From: Eledone cirrhosa
Taxonomy: Eukaryota
DNA length: 64,000 bases
Direction: 5' to 3'
NCBI GenBank assembly: GCA_964016885.1
Contig: OZ024740.1
Coordinates: 240,994,001-241,058,000 of the forward strand
Shown here: piece by piece, positions 18,006 to 31,586 of the stretch
How positions within the stretch are numbered: the stretch's first letter is position 1
Layout of the letters: every line of letters begins with the position of its first letter
The notes under the pieces: model-generated
What the model saw: only the letters and a program-made list of their open reading frames with translations
Told to the model about the DNA's origin: nothing
Databases searched by the model: none
Made by a program: the position numbers and the translations under genes

Positions 18006-18382
18006 TAATCCAACAATAGACAACCCCCCAACCTCAACACTCTGTACCACAGAAATAACGCACCCAGACCACATGAACCAACAACAGAACCCTTGCTCAT
18101 TAACAACCACAACACATACCACCCCACCATCACATTCACCCTTATGAAACAACAAGCTACAGACCCACACGCAACAGACCAACAAAATATAATCACACAC
18201 AAAACTACATTCCTTTTTTAGGGAAAAGCCTGAAATACCAGGATAGTCGATGCCCCCCCCCCCCTCAGGAGAAACCAAAAATAATCAACCTCTCAAAGAC
18301 ACCTCTAACCAACACACAAATCAACATTTTAAGTAAGGGCCTGAAATTTACACCTACACCACGTAAACCAAACTTCCCCGAA

Positions 18383-19819
18383 ATGAAGGATGACATCATA
18401 GAATACTGCCGAAAGCTGCGACTAACGGAATTCTTCCACAACGACACCAACACTGAAGACAAATCACTGGTTAGAAATAAAAGCCATTTCTGCCCACAAA
18501 AGGGAAGAAATAAAGCACTGAACACGTACTGCGAACACATCACCAACTTTCCCTATGAAAAAATTACAAATAAACACACAAAATCAAACCTATCTACACA
18601 CGAATGGGAAGAATTATTCACACTTAGAAACAACCCTGAGATAACTATCAAAGAAGCCGATAAAGGCAGTACTGTTGTCATTATGAATACGGACTACTAT
18701 AGGACCCTCGCACTTAACATTTTAGCAAACAACACATACTATGAAAAAACAGAAAACTACAAACACACCAAAACAATGGGGAACCTTTTGACCTTACTGA
18801 ATAAATACCGCAACAGCTTAACCATAAAAGAGTTTAACTATATAAGCCACTTCAAATGCAATACAAGCTCTTTTTACGGCTTACCGAAACTCCACAAATG
18901 TAAACCCATAAACGATGCATGTGACACCTCAACCAACAATTACATTGAACTAACACCACCAGAAGACCTAAAACTCAGGCCAATTATAGCAGGCCCTACA
19001 TGTGAAACCCACAGACTTAGAAACTTTCTGGACATCCTACTGAAACCCTTGCTACAACATATACAGAGCTACATACGAGATGACCTTGACATGCTGAAAC
19101 ACCTCCCTAAAACAGTAAGTGCAAATACAATTCTTGTCTCCTTTGACGTAATAAACCTCTACACAAACATACCCCACAACTATGGAATAACAGCAGTCCA
19201 ATACTGGCTTAACACACACCCATCAGAAATACCGACACGCATCAACAAAGATTTTATCACTGACGGACTCTGCTTTATCCTACAAAATAACTACTTCACA
19301 TTCAATGGTTCAACATATAGACAAGTATCAGGTACTGCAATGGGCACGAAAGTAGCACCCACATATGCCAACCTAGTCATGGGATTCCATGAACAACAAA
19401 TATACAGTCAGTCCCTTCTCTTATTTGGAGACTCTTTACACACACACCTCAAAGCCAATTGGAAAAGATATCTACACGACTGCTTTATCCTATGGCAAGA
19501 AGACATGAACTCACTTACTATGTTTAAAAACATGATAAACAACATAGATAATAACATACAATTCACAATGGAATCCAATCCCAAGGAATTAGCCTTCTTG
19601 GATATTCTCATCTCTGTAATAGACGGGAAATTAGATACAGATATATTCTATAAACCCACAGATTCCAAGCAATACCTCTTTTTCACATCAAGTCACCCAA
19701 AACATACAAAACTTAACATTCCTTACAATTTGGCCAAACGTATATGTACCATAGTATCAGATCCACCTAAACGGGAGCAAAGACTAAAGGAACTAAAAGA
19801 CACCCTTAAAAGGAACTAA
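18383..19819 (+). pseudogene. Penelope RT domain, catalytic YxDD mutated to YLHD
   Basis: 478-aa ORF with Penelope RT motifs; ends at a ~22-bp tandem duplication (aaaggaactaaaagacac) that shifts the frame. Confidence 0.88.
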
Positions 19820-19973
19820 AAGACACATCTTAAGAGCCTTTCCACTTGAAATAATCAACAATGGAATAGACAGGGCAAAACACCTAAATCCCCATCAACT
19901 TAACAATCCAAAACAGAAAACCACACTCAACACCCTGCCATATGTATCCACTTTCAACCCCAGAAATACCGAA

Positions 19974-20549
19974 ATGTTTGATCACCTACACAAAAACCTC
20001 CCCATCCTACTTAAAGATGTAAAAATGAAGTCTATTCTTGAAACACACAAGATCCTTAAAAGTAAAAGACAACCCAAATCACCAAAACGCATTCTCACTG
20101 GACCAAATATACCCAAACCAATCCTCAACCCTACAGTTACCAAATGTGGTAGAACAAACTGTGGAACGTGCCTCTACCTCACTGAAGGACAAAAATTTAC
20201 ATTTAAAGATGGCCAAACATTTACAGTAAAAAACAATTTCACCTGCAACTCGGAGAACTTGATTTACGCAATAACTTGCGGTGGGTGCAAACACAACTAC
20301 ATAGGACAGACGGGCACCTCATTACGCAAAAGAATGACCATCCACCGCCAACAAATCCGGGACGCTAACACAAGAAAAATCCCCTTGAGCAGCCATATTG
20401 CGAACTGCGCAGGAATGACACTACCCAACTTTAAAATCTCCCCCTTCTACAAGTGCTCAGATTCGTTCACACAGCAACAAAGAATAAACAAAGAAAATCT
20501 ATTCCTTAACAAATTGAAACCAAAACTAAACGGGTTATCACCCCAATAG
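19974..20549 (+). pseudogene. Penelope Zn-finger linker plus GIY-YIG endonuclease
   Basis: KCGRTNCGTC...FTCNSENLIYAITCGGCKHNYIGQTG..LRKRMTIHR...KPKLN. Confidence 0.88.
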
Positions 20550-21760
20550 AATTGTCATAAAATATAAACACACATACGCACGGAGTGACAGATATGTGTG
20601 TGTATGTGTGCATGTATATAATTATCACTACTATTAAAGACCAGAGACCAATTCTGTAGAATCAGGTTTATTCGTTGACAGACCATGCCTTTGTGTGACC
20701 AACACATCCATGTTAAACCCTGCACGTGCACACACATATATCTATATATATATGCGCACACAGAATTCACCACTGTCGGTTGCGGGGCCCAATCTACATG
20801 AAGAACTCAATGTGATCAGAATGACTTGTATTTTAATTTCACTGTCCTAACTTCTTATATTATGGAAAAAATATATGTGTATGTATGTATATATATATAT
20901 TTGGAGGCCATTTTTCTATGTGTGTGGGTGTATGTGTGTGTGTGTGTGTGTGTGTATGTGTGTGCATGTGGATGTATGTATGTGTATGTATTGTGTGTAT
21001 GTGTGTGTATGTATGTGTGTGTGTATCTGGATGTATGCGTATGTGTATATATATGTGTGTGTGTGTATATATATATGTGTGTATGTGTATATATGTGTGT
21101 GTGTGTGTGTTTGTATGTGTGTATGTATATATGTGTGTGTGTGTGTGTATGTATGTGTGTGTGTATATATATATATATGTGTATATATGTGTATGTACAT
21201 GTATGTATATATGTGTGTGTATGTATGTGTGTGTGTGTATGTATGTGTGTATCTGGATGTATGTGTATGTATATATATATGTGTGTGTGTGTATATATAT
21301 GTGTGTGTATGTGTATATGTGTGTGTGTGTGTATGTGTGTATGTATATGTATGTGTGTGTGTATGTATGTGTGTGTATATGTATATATATATATATATAT
21401 ATGTATATGTATATGTATGTGTGTGTGGATGAGGGTATGTGTGTATATATAGGTGTAAGTGCACTAAATCCCTTTCTATCACTCTCCCCTCTCCTACCGA
21501 CCACAGGGAGATATATATGTATGTATATTGCTTCCACCTCTCACTGACCAGCAGCTGGCCATCTGGCCATTGCTAAATCTGACCTTTATAAAAAAAAACA
21601 TTCCCCACAAATAACTCCGCATTCACTACCAGAAAGGCACACAGCAGTCAACTTGCTGCTACCAAGATGAAAACTACTATGAAATCCCACACTGAATTTT
21701 ATACTTGAATTTTCAAATCTCAAATTTTAACTCTTCTTATTATTAATTTTTCTTAATATT

Positions 21761-21815
21761 AATCAACATTTGAAAAGATGGCTTTTGCAGACCCATCGAA
21801 ACCGGTCATTTTTTT
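21761..21815 (+). ncRNA. Hammerhead ribozyme, U3-A8 core, GUC site
   Basis: TTGAAAA-gatgg...ccatc-GAAA-ccgg-TC; palindromic stem III ACCGGT; stem I degraded. Confidence 0.68.
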
Positions 21816-21951
21816 ATACCCTTTATTCTTTCCTTACCTTATAAAATTATATGTTTTTTCACAAAAAAGTATTCTGTCTCTTATATATTCCATGTGCCAT
21901 TACCAACCTCAATTTTCTCTATAACCTTCGTTTTGTGTAGAAACTTAGACT

Positions 21952-22003
<52 letters not shown>

Positions 22004-22033
22004 AGATCAAAAGATGGTTAAAAGAGTTCCATG

Positions 22034-22104
22034 TATTTTATTATGCGCATTTCAAAAACAAATAACATCATGCAATAACATTTGTGTTTTCATCAGATAA
22101 AATA
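22034..22104 (-). ncRNA. Type I hammerhead ribozyme (family A)
   Basis: Minus strand: tattttat-CTGATGA-stem II-GAAA-tgcgca-TA-ataaaata. Confidence 0.87.
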
Positions 22105-22225
22105 GGAAGACACGATATGAAGGTTAAAAACACTTGTGGATAGTGCAGTTTTAAATCAACATATGATATGTTGATTTAAAACTGCACTATCCACAAGTGT
22201 TTTTAACCTTCATATCATGTCTTCC

Positions 22226-22296
22226 TATTTTATCTGATGAAAACACAAATGTTATTGCATGATGATATTTGTTTTTGAAATGCGCATAATAAAATA
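22226..22296 (+). ncRNA. Type I hammerhead ribozyme (family A)
   Basis: tattttat-CTGATGA-aaacacaaatgttattgcatgatgatatttgttttt-GAAA-tgcgca-TA-ataaaata. Confidence 0.88.
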
Positions 22297-22419
22297 CATG
22301 GAACTCTTTTAACCATCTTTTGATCTTATATATTATGTATACTCCCGTCCTACAAACTGTAGAGTGCTTCTTATCCGATATCTGCATTGCTTTATTGTAC
22401 TACAATAAAACTCACCTCC

Positions 22420-22458
<39 letters not shown>

Positions 22459-22498
22459 GATATTAAACAAATGGAAACTATATTTATAAAACCATATT

Positions 22499-22564
22499 TA
22501 TTTCGTTATATATATTTCTGGGATATCATATTAAAAATATGTTATGCCTTCCTCAGACAAAATA
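22499..22564 (-). ncRNA. Type I hammerhead ribozyme (family B-related)
   Basis: tattttgt-CTGAGGA-aggcataacatatt ttt aatatgatatccca-GAAA-tatata-TA-acgaaata. Lies in element ~22457-23603, which ends in a B-type tail. Confidence 0.78.
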
Positions 22565-23728
22565 CAATACATAAGCTGTTTTATAAATAATTAGTGACAT
22601 ACCTTGTAATAATGCAACTTCCTTTTAAAAAGTTGATTTGGTAGTGAAACTGTTATGATAGTTATATAGAAAGAAAACGAAGATGAGAAGAAGAAGATGA
22701 AGAGATGTATGCAAATAAAAAAGAAGAGGATGAAGAGATGTATGTAAAGAGAAAAGAGATGTATGTAAAGAAAAACAACGGAGCGAGATAGAAAGACAAG
22801 GATAGAGAGAAATACATTGATGGTGAAAAAAAAAACATAGTAGGCTGCTTTTTGACAGATGATCATCGTATATGTGAGAGGTTAAGGGAAGGGATACAGT
22901 TAGATTAGTGTATAGGAGAAAAAGAAAGAAAGATGATATATTTAAAATATATTAAAAATGTATTATGTCTCATCCATTTGAATTATCAATTTTTTATGAA
23001 TTAGGCATTATAATGTAAATATCAGTATTCATGAATGAGACACATATCTATAATGTGTAAAAAAAATGACCACATGCTCAGTTTAAAAATTCTTAGGTCT
23101 ATAAGCAAAATCTGAGACAAAACTTCAAACATAAGTATATATGCATTCTCGTGAAAATGAGAAAAGAGAAGGTTATCTCAAATTCAAGTTGATAAATAAA
23201 GACGCACATGTGAACCTAGGTGATACGCTGCATTGATTCTTATATTTCATGAAAAACTTCAATGTGTCAGAAAAGAAAAACTTCAATGCGTTAGAAGAGA
23301 TTCCACCCTACATACATTTACATACATATATACATATATATAGACACAAAACATATAAGATATACATTAACATCTAAAATAATCATCGATCAAGCATAGA
23401 GTAGACAACAGATATCAATATTAAAATTAAAAACGCCAAGAATATCTTCGTCACTCCACAGAGTATCTAGGGACGCAAGAGAACATAGTATGCCACGCAT
23501 ATCGGTCATATCGTAAACCTACTCCAGAAACTGTTGAGTGCTTTTATATCAGTTATAAAATATTTACTCGTTGTAACCCAACAATCGTAAATAAAACTTT
23601 TGCATATATATATATATATATTTATACATATATATATATACATAAATATATATACATATATATTTATATACACATATATTTATATATACATATATTTATA
23701 TATACATATATTTATATAGACATTATCT

Positions 23729-23835
<107 letters not shown>

Positions 23836-24149
23836 GTTTTCAATCCTTTCGCGTTCGTGACATTTGGAGGAGTTAGGTTGCTGTCAACGTTGGTGCCTCG
23901 CCTTACCGAGGTATCAGGCGATGCCCGCGAGGGGGTATTGTTATTCCAGCCCCTTAGCCTCGCTACCACGCGCGGTAACGTTGCCTGTGTGTTTGGCTTG
24001 CCTCAAAAAGTACTCCACCTATATATATGTCATAAGTACTCAAAATCTGCACACCTGTCTGGATTCACTTATTTGTAGATTTGTGTGTTGTATAAAGAAA
24101 AATGTAGTAAAGCATTCATCGGATATTTAGGATTACAATGAGATTGTGT

Positions 24150-26525
24150 AACATCCATGCAATGAAAACGAAATAGGCTATTGATCAGGCGAGAGAATTC
24201 AAGCTTATTTATTGAGGAGCAGGAACTAGTGGTTGAAACTAGATGCTACAGGCTAGATACAGACGGGGTTTCCTCAACAAATTCTGTGGATCTGACACTG
24301 TAGATTTGGATGGAGGATGGAAACTCCACTATTCAGGTGTGGCGCCGAAAATGACTAAACAGACGGGAGCGAAGATACTCACAAACCCCCAACTGTCAGA
24401 ATGTGTTATGACCCGGATCCCGTTAGGAGGCAGGATTTGCTCCTTGAATCTTAGGTTGAAAGACAGGTCTCTGTGGGTGGTGCAAGTTTATGCACCAAAC
24501 AAGGAGTCCGAATACAGGTCCTTCCTTGATGAAGTCACTAAAGTGTTAGATGTAGTTAAGACTGAGTCATATTTCCTAATTGGAGACTTCAACGCACATG
24601 TTGGCATTGACCACCTGACATGGAAAGGTGTGATTGGAAAGAATGACGACCCAGATCTAAATACAAATGGAGAGGCCTTGTTGGACTTCTGTTCTAGCAA
24701 TGGACTCTCTGTTATGAACACTTTCTTCCAGCACAGAGACATCCATAAATATACATGGTATAAGGGCAATCGGGGACAGAAATCAATAATTGATTTTGTA
24801 ATGGTCTCTGATTTCTTTGATTCTGTGTTGGATGTTCGTGTTAAGCGAGGGGCTGAGCTGTCAACTGATCACCATTTACTTATTTGAAACGTGAGACTAC
24901 CTAAAGCCAAAGAAGCCCACAAAGCTGGCAGGTCCAGAGCGGCCTACAAGATGAAGTGGGAACCATTGGTGGATAAGGAAGTCAGGACAAGGTATGCAGA
25001 TACTATTGCATACAAATTCAGAGAATTCCCTGAGCAAATTCAGGACGTTGAGACAGAGTGGAGATTGTTCAGCTCAGCAGTTTCTGCTTCAGCTGTTAAA
25101 TGCTGCAGGCGAAAGAGGCTTGGTGTGGCACCGAGTGGCAGGAAGACTACTTGGTTCAATCAAGAGGTCAAAAATGCCATCCGAGCAAAGAAGGAGGCTT
25201 ACAAAGCTTGGCTTGGAGATAAGTCTTCCTTCTTGCACTTGCAGTACAAGCAGGCACAAACAATCGCAGCAGAGACAGTAAAAGCGTTCAAAGTTAAGAC
25301 ATGGGAGGACTTTGGCGTTAAGCTGGAATCCGACTTCAGATCAGCAAATAAAGTGTTCTAGCAGACCATCTGCCGACTTCGTAATAAGAAGCCCTCCTCC
25401 ACACCTGCTATCAAGAACGCGTCTGGGGATCTCCTCTCTTCAGAGAGGTGCATTCTTGAGTAGTGGAGATAATAATTTGCTGACCTCCTAAACCCGATCA
25501 CAACAGCATCTTCGGATGTACACGACGTGTATCTGGAAGCGGTGACTAGTCTCTCAGAGGCTGAGGTCGCAAGAACACTCAAAGAGCTCAAATGTGGTAA
25601 AGCCTCTGGGGAAGATGAAATCTGGCCCGAGATGTTAAAAGCCTTCAATAGAGAAGGTATTCTGTAGCTGACTCGTGTGTACCTGGTTGCCTTGATCTCT
25701 GGAAGGGCACCTAAGCAATGACAATCGGAATTTGCAGACGACATGGTGTTACTTAACTCGACAGAAGGTGATCTTTGACTTGCAATTGATAAGTTTGCGA
25801 CCGAGTGCTACATGACTAGAATGAAAATCAGTGCTGCGAAAAATGAGACACTCATCCTCTCAAAGAAGCCTGCACGCTACATGTGAATGGAGTTCCACTG
25901 AAGTAGGTAGAGAGGTTCAAATATCTTGGGGCCGAGTTCATGAGTGATGGAAGGCAGGAGGCTGAATTAAGTGCAAGAATTGCAAAAGCTGGTGCAGTAA
26001 TGCGCCACCTTCATCATTCAATAATCAGAAGAAGGGAGATAAGCGTAAAAACCAAACTCACTATTTTCAATTTGGTATTCGTGCCAACCCTTACTTATGG
26101 TCATGAATCTTGGGTAATGACCGAAAGAATACGATCGCGAATATAATCGGCCGAAATAGGATTCCTCCGAAGGGTCTTTGGTAACGTTACTCGATAAAAT
26201 GCGTAGCTCGGAGATCAGAGAGTCACTCCAGATAGAGCCACTACTTCTCCGAATTGAGAGATAACAGCTCCGATACTATGGTCATGTGGTTAGAATGTCT
26301 TAGGAAAGAATCGTTGGACAGATTTTACGAGCAAAACCAACAAGTAGGAGGCCTAGAGGTAGACCCTGAGCAAGATGGTTGGATAACACCCTTGGTCAGT
26401 CACGCTTGGGGATCCAGCCGGATCAGTTAGAGACAGTTTCTTCTGACAGGACCCGTTCGAGGGAGTGTTTGGGCAGTCTACCCCCACGACCCTCTCAGGA
26501 ATAAGTGGGCGAAGAAAAGAAGAAG
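24150..26525 (+). mobile_element. RTE-clade LINE, decayed, most of RT deleted
   Basis: APE motifs VQVYAPN, IGDFNAHVG, NTFFQH, IIDFVM, STDHH; jumps from the PKQW region to FADD at ~25730; LTYGHESW; (GAA)-type tail. Confidence 0.9.
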
Positions 26526-27249
26526 GCCAATTATATTAATAAATGAGCATTGAACAACTAGTTTTTAAAATATTTCTCAGCAATCAAAGTGGGACAATCG
26601 CAATCAAGGTGAGATAACTCGCTATTAAGAAAATTGACATGTGGAAATAGGCCGTAGACAGTAGTCTGGTTAGGTATGAAAAGTTGGTCGGCTAGCTCTG
26701 AACAGCACTAATTTTTGTAGCAGGGTATTTTTTTTTGTTGAGAGAGGTACAAAATTTTCTTGAACATCTTTAATGAAGTTTTGAATTTTGTACAGTAATA
26801 AGAATGGGAAGGCGGGGATTTGACAGTCGTTAGAATCGCGCTCTGCGTTATTTTAAACACCGTCAACATCAACGTTGTCTTTTATCCTTTCGAAATAAAG
26901 TACCAGTCCAGTAGTAGGGTCGACCCCCCCCCCCCCCCTCCCTCTCTCGCTTTCTCTGTATGTGGAAGTAATCGGTTCTGTTTAGATCTGGAAAGGAATG
27001 GGCGCGCCAGTTTTAAATGTCACAATGACGTCCCTACGACTCTATCAGGAGTAAAGAGCACACGAATAAATAAAGTAAATATTTTTACTCTATCCATTCA
27101 TGTGTCGTCATATTTATACTACGAACAAAAAGCGTAATTCTTAACTTTACTATCACCAAGCATATTACTATGCACAAGTAAAAACTCAGCACTTACTTTT
27201 GTTTTGTAATGGGGCTGTGTAGCTATCCAACAAGAGCATATATATCCAA

Positions 27250-27560
27250 GAGAGCCGGATATGGCTGGCAATAAAACGAAACTAATTGAAATCGAAAAAT
27301 GAAAATCGACCATAAAATGAAAGTGAATACCAAGAAAACAGATTGTATTCGTTTGTTGGCGAGCGTAAAGCAATCTCAATCAAATTTCAAATGGTGTTTA
27401 CACCCATGGCACTATTGTTTATGATCAGAACTTTGTAGATATCAACGACTCCAATATACACACAAATATTGAAAATACGCGGCAACAGGTAGAGAAACAG
27501 CTCAAAATTTACAAAAGGAAATCCACAAATAAGTTATTCGGAATTTGGCGGGAAATTAGG
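27250..27560 (+). mobile_element. Merlin/IS1595-family DDE transposase relic
   Basis: Manual translation from 27327: IPRKQIVFVCWRA*SNL...YTHGTIVYDQNFVDINDSNIHTNIENTRQQVEKQLK. Resembles the Merlin pattern SDCWRAY...H.TVNH..NFVDP..G.HTN.IE..W..LK. Confidence 0.65.
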
Positions 27561-28710
27561 CACCTTTTTATTTCATTCAGTTTCATTTTAGTATCAGCCA
27601 TATCCGACTTTATTTTTTTATGAATACACAAAAAAATTTAACAAAACTCTTTCCGAACATTTATGTGGTGGCTTGTCCTCATAGAAATAGTAACCACAGT
27701 GTCCTAAAATAAAATCGTACACTTTTACAGACAGAATACATTTGGTTAAAAAAAAAGAAGAGAAACCAAGTAAAAAACAAATTAGTCACAGCTAGAATAC
27801 CTTTGACTATAGGTTTCTTTGCTCAGAGCTTGCCTACTACTAAAGATTATTCGAATGTTATCCACAACACCGGTAAGCTATTGGACAGCCAGTCACAGTG
27901 TACATAAGGATTACATTATACAATGTGTCATTTCTTTTTAAAGATGTAGTGTGATTTGAGAGAGATTTGATTGATATTTCTAGCAGGTCGAGAGAAAACA
28001 TAAACGCTCTTTCATTAGTTCCACAATGGGTAGGAAGTAAGGGAAGAGGACTAGGGAATACTTTGAGTTCTTTAAATATAAAAGTCATTTCATCATAAGC
28101 TATTCACTACCGATAAACCTCAAATAGTGGAGTGTGTATTAGTTGAATATTATCAAGTTCTTCATTAAAGTCTTTAAAAAAAAAAAAAAAAATCCTACTA
28201 TTCTCCAAAAATACAAAAAAATTAGTGTCTATTGAAAAGAGCTTGCGTGAAACTTACCTCCCTTAGACGATATTTATCACGATCGAGTTGTGTAGTGTTA
28301 TCATTTTTTTTCTTTTCACACATGACACCCCTACCCCACCCCAACACATACCCATATGCTTCAATCTGTATCAGTGTGTACGCACACGCACACGCACACA
28401 CACACACATACACATACGCGCGCACATATATATAATCATCATCATCACAAAAGTCAGAGATAGGTAGTTAATTAGTTCATTGTATTACGATTGTTTCAGA
28501 GGGTTCATTGATAGTGGTAGATCGGTATATCGACTAGCAGGCAGTGGTTAGGTCGCCACCTGTTTCTAATCTCGAAATCCCTGATCAATCCAGCTGTCGT
28601 CCTCAGAAACAATTAGACTCATTGTCTAACCTCACTGAAATCATCTTTTCAAGGTCACATTGAGTTCTAACAATGTTATCGGTCCCGCCACAAACACCCC
28701 CCTGTATGTA

Positions 28711-28767
<57 letters not shown>

Positions 28768-29014
28768 GGATACTATTTATGGTTATGTATATACTAAAAC
28801 TTTTTATAGTTATATATATATTTTAAACTCTAAACAGTGAAGGTCAGTAATTTATTACTACCTTATTACCAGTAAGATAAATAGCTCAATGTAATAACAT
28901 CAGTTGTTCTACAGAGCAGTTATATAGAATTCACAAGAATCAAATAAATGCTTTGAACATAGCTTTGATTCTCTTGTGAATTCTCTCTCTCTATATATAT
29001 ATATATATGTGTGT

Positions 29015-29333
29015 AAATAAAGTAATTCCGTCAGAAAAGTCCAGGAAAAAAGAGTGCTCTATGTAGGTAACAGAACTTAATAGTTATGTAATAAACAACA
29101 TAAGGCAATTATTCCATTTACTGGATATGTGTGTATGTATATGTATTTATATTTATGTTTCTATGTGTATGTATGTGTGTATGTGTGTGTGGTTGTATAT
29201 ATGTATGTGTATGTATGGATGTGTTGATATTTATGTGCGTATGTATATATGTGTATATGTATGTGTATGTGTGTATTTATATACACATATATATGTGTAT
29301 ATATGTGTGTGTGTGTGTATGTATGAGTGTATG

Positions 29334-29384
<51 letters not shown>

Positions 29385-29634
29385 ATGCATGCTTTTGTGT
29401 GTGTGTGTGTGTGCGTGTTTTTGTGTGTGTGTTTGCATGTGTAGTTTTATTTTATTTTTCCTTAACTTCTTCCTTCTCCAGCCTCACTTTCATATAGATT
29501 GCATTTTTGTTTTTAAAATCCAAATTCAATAAACAGACCAGGATTTTTTCATTCTGAGGATTGAAAGCAAAATCTTTTGCTTTTAAGAAACCACTGGTAA
29601 ATGGAATAATTGCCTTATGTTGTTTATTACATAA

Positions 29635-29638
<4 letters not shown>
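29015..29638 (+). mobile_element. HHR mini-element family J with ~41-bp inverted repeat
   Basis: 29081-29121 is the reverse complement of ~29597-29638, which starts at the HHR cleavage triplet; internal (TG/TA) tract. Confidence 0.7.
29547..29606 (+). ncRNA. Type I hammerhead ribozyme (family J)
   Basis: tttcatt-CTGAGGA-ttgaaagcaaaa tc ttttgcttttaa-GAAA-ccactgg-TA-aatggaa; all three stems pair. Confidence 0.88.
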
Positions 29639-29665
<27 letters not shown>

Positions 29666-29671
<6 letters not shown>

Positions 29672-30400
29672 TTATAAACTCAAACAGTCTTTTACAATTA
29701 AATAGCTCAAAGAAAGAGATATTTCTGAGCCGTGAAATACAAATTAATATATGATAAACACTAATACAAGTATATAAGTGTTTGTATTGCAAATGACCAA
29801 GTTAGCTAGATTGAAAAATACTAATTAAATTAATACAGTTTGCCTGTCTCGATTAAAAATAATAAATCAATAAAAACAAACCCATATTGGCAATAGCCGT
29901 GATACCTGGACAAATTTAAATTTCAAAACTCAAATCTGTTTCGCAGCAATAAGTGAAAATTCCATTTCTGTGCTCAGCTGCAGGTATCCAGAAATTGGTA
30001 TGTTTCACCTCAAAATACTTAGGAAGACTGAGAGAAAATGTGTTGTTGAACGCACATGGTGTCCCAGCGTCTAGCCAGTCCTATACTCGTGCCGCTAGAA
30101 ATAGTAGACGTTTTTATGGGACTAAAAAATTTAGCTCAACATATGGAGCCGATAATACTATATATAGAGTTATAAACTCAAACAGTCTTTTACAATTAAA
30201 TAGCTCAAAGAAAGAGATATTTCTGAGCCGTGAAATACAAATTAATATATGATAAACACTAATACAAGTATATAATTTATTATTTTAAATCGAGACAGGC
30301 AAACTGTATTAATTTAATTAGTATTTTTCAATCTAGCTAACTTGGTCATTTGCAATACAAACACTTATATACTTGTATTAGTGTTTATCATATATTAATT

Positions 30401-30469
<69 letters not shown>

Positions 30470-30754
30470 ATGATATTAATAAATGGAAACTATATTTATA
30501 AAACCATATTTATTCTATTATATATATTTCAAGGGTACCAAAACTTTGGTACGCACTCATCAGATAAAACACAAAGTTTGTTTTATAAATATTGACATAT
30601 CCAGGAAGGAGATCTTAACAGTTCAAGTTTTGGTTTTATAAATATAGTTTCCATTTATTAATATCATTGATATTATACTACAGAAAACTTGTCGAGTGCT
30701 TCGAATCAGTTATAAATATATATATTTGTTACCAACAAATTAAATATCCCTTTG

Positions 30755-30802
<48 letters not shown>

Positions 30803-30965
30803 TGAGAGAGGGGGAGAAGCAGAGAGTGAGTGAGTGGAAGTGTGAGTAAGAGGCCAACTGAGAGAGAGTGTGACTGGCAGAGGGGGTAAAAAGAAGGTGA
30901 GAGATACAGAGAGAGGGGAAGCAGTAAGAAAGAAACAGACAGGTCGCAGCTGATATATATATATA

Positions 30966-31046
<81 letters not shown>

Positions 31047-31462
31047 GTATATACAAGTTAATATAAATTAATATATATGATAAAACACAAATACCAACAT
31101 ATAAGTGTTTGTATTGTAAAGGACTAAGTTAGCTAGATTGAAAAGTGGATTTTGAAGTTTGAACTTATCTACGGAACAGGTTTGATTTTGAAATTTAAAT
31201 TTGTCTAAGTACCACGGCCATTTGCCAATATCGTTTGTTTTTATTGATTTATTATTTTAAATCGAGACAGGCAAACTGTATTATTATAATTAGTATTTTT
31301 TAATCTAGCTAACTTAGTCATTTACAATACAAACACTTATATGTTGGTATTTGTGTTTTATCATATATATTAATTTATATTAACTTGTATTACACGGCTC
31401 AGAAATACTTCTTTCTTTGGGCTATTTCATTGTAAAGGACTGCTTGAGTTTAGAACTCATTA
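29666..31462. repeat. Cluster of family G repeats with internal inversions (also 56860-57035)
   Basis: 'agagttataaactcaaacagtc...gagccgtgaaatacaaattaatatatg...' at 29666, 30165 and (inverted) ending at 31462. The 30165 and 31053 copies are partly folded back. Confidence 0.8.
30511..30570 (-). ncRNA. Type I hammerhead ribozyme (family B) in element 30468-30757
   Basis: gttttat-CTGATGA-gtgcgtaccaaa g ttttggtaccctt-GAAA-tatata-TA-atagaata. Confidence 0.85.
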
Positions 31463-31526
31463 TTCTTAGTATATATATAATGAAATGACAGGAGGCTGGA
31501 TTTGTGTAAATCCTTGAAAGGTTTAT

Positions 31527-31586
31527 TATACTATGATCATTTCAATGACCGGGTTCCGTATGAATCCGGTGATATCATCAGGTATT
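31527..31586 (-). ncRNA. Type I hammerhead ribozyme at the end of a ~1 kb non-coding element (31480-32470)
   Basis: aatac-CTGATGA-tatcaccggattc atacg gaacccggtcatt-GAAA-tgatca-TA-gtata; palindromic stem III ATGATCAT. Confidence 0.85.

Larger units (their letters stand above)
18006..21955 (+). mobile_element. Penelope-like element (Neptune-type), near full length, with microsatellite-rich 3' region and HHR
   Basis: NLS...LSKGLKFTPTP, ADKG, FYGLPKLHK, RPII, SFDVINLYTNIP, GTAMG, FLDI, YKPTD; then CGRTNCGTC and NLIYAITCGGC...YIGQT (GIY-YIG). HHR at 21761-21815. Confidence 0.92.
21997..22422 (+). mobile_element. Solo palindromic pLTR of family A carrying two HHRs
   Basis: Near-perfect inverted repeat ~21997-22334 centred at ~22165, followed by the ~85-nt family A tail; (TA)n on both sides. 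Confidence 0.9.

Noticed and set aside
27858-28170. Minus-strand ORF weakly like a hAT dimerisation domain (LLPTHCGTNERAF)
   Set aside because: Similarity is too weak to call by eye.
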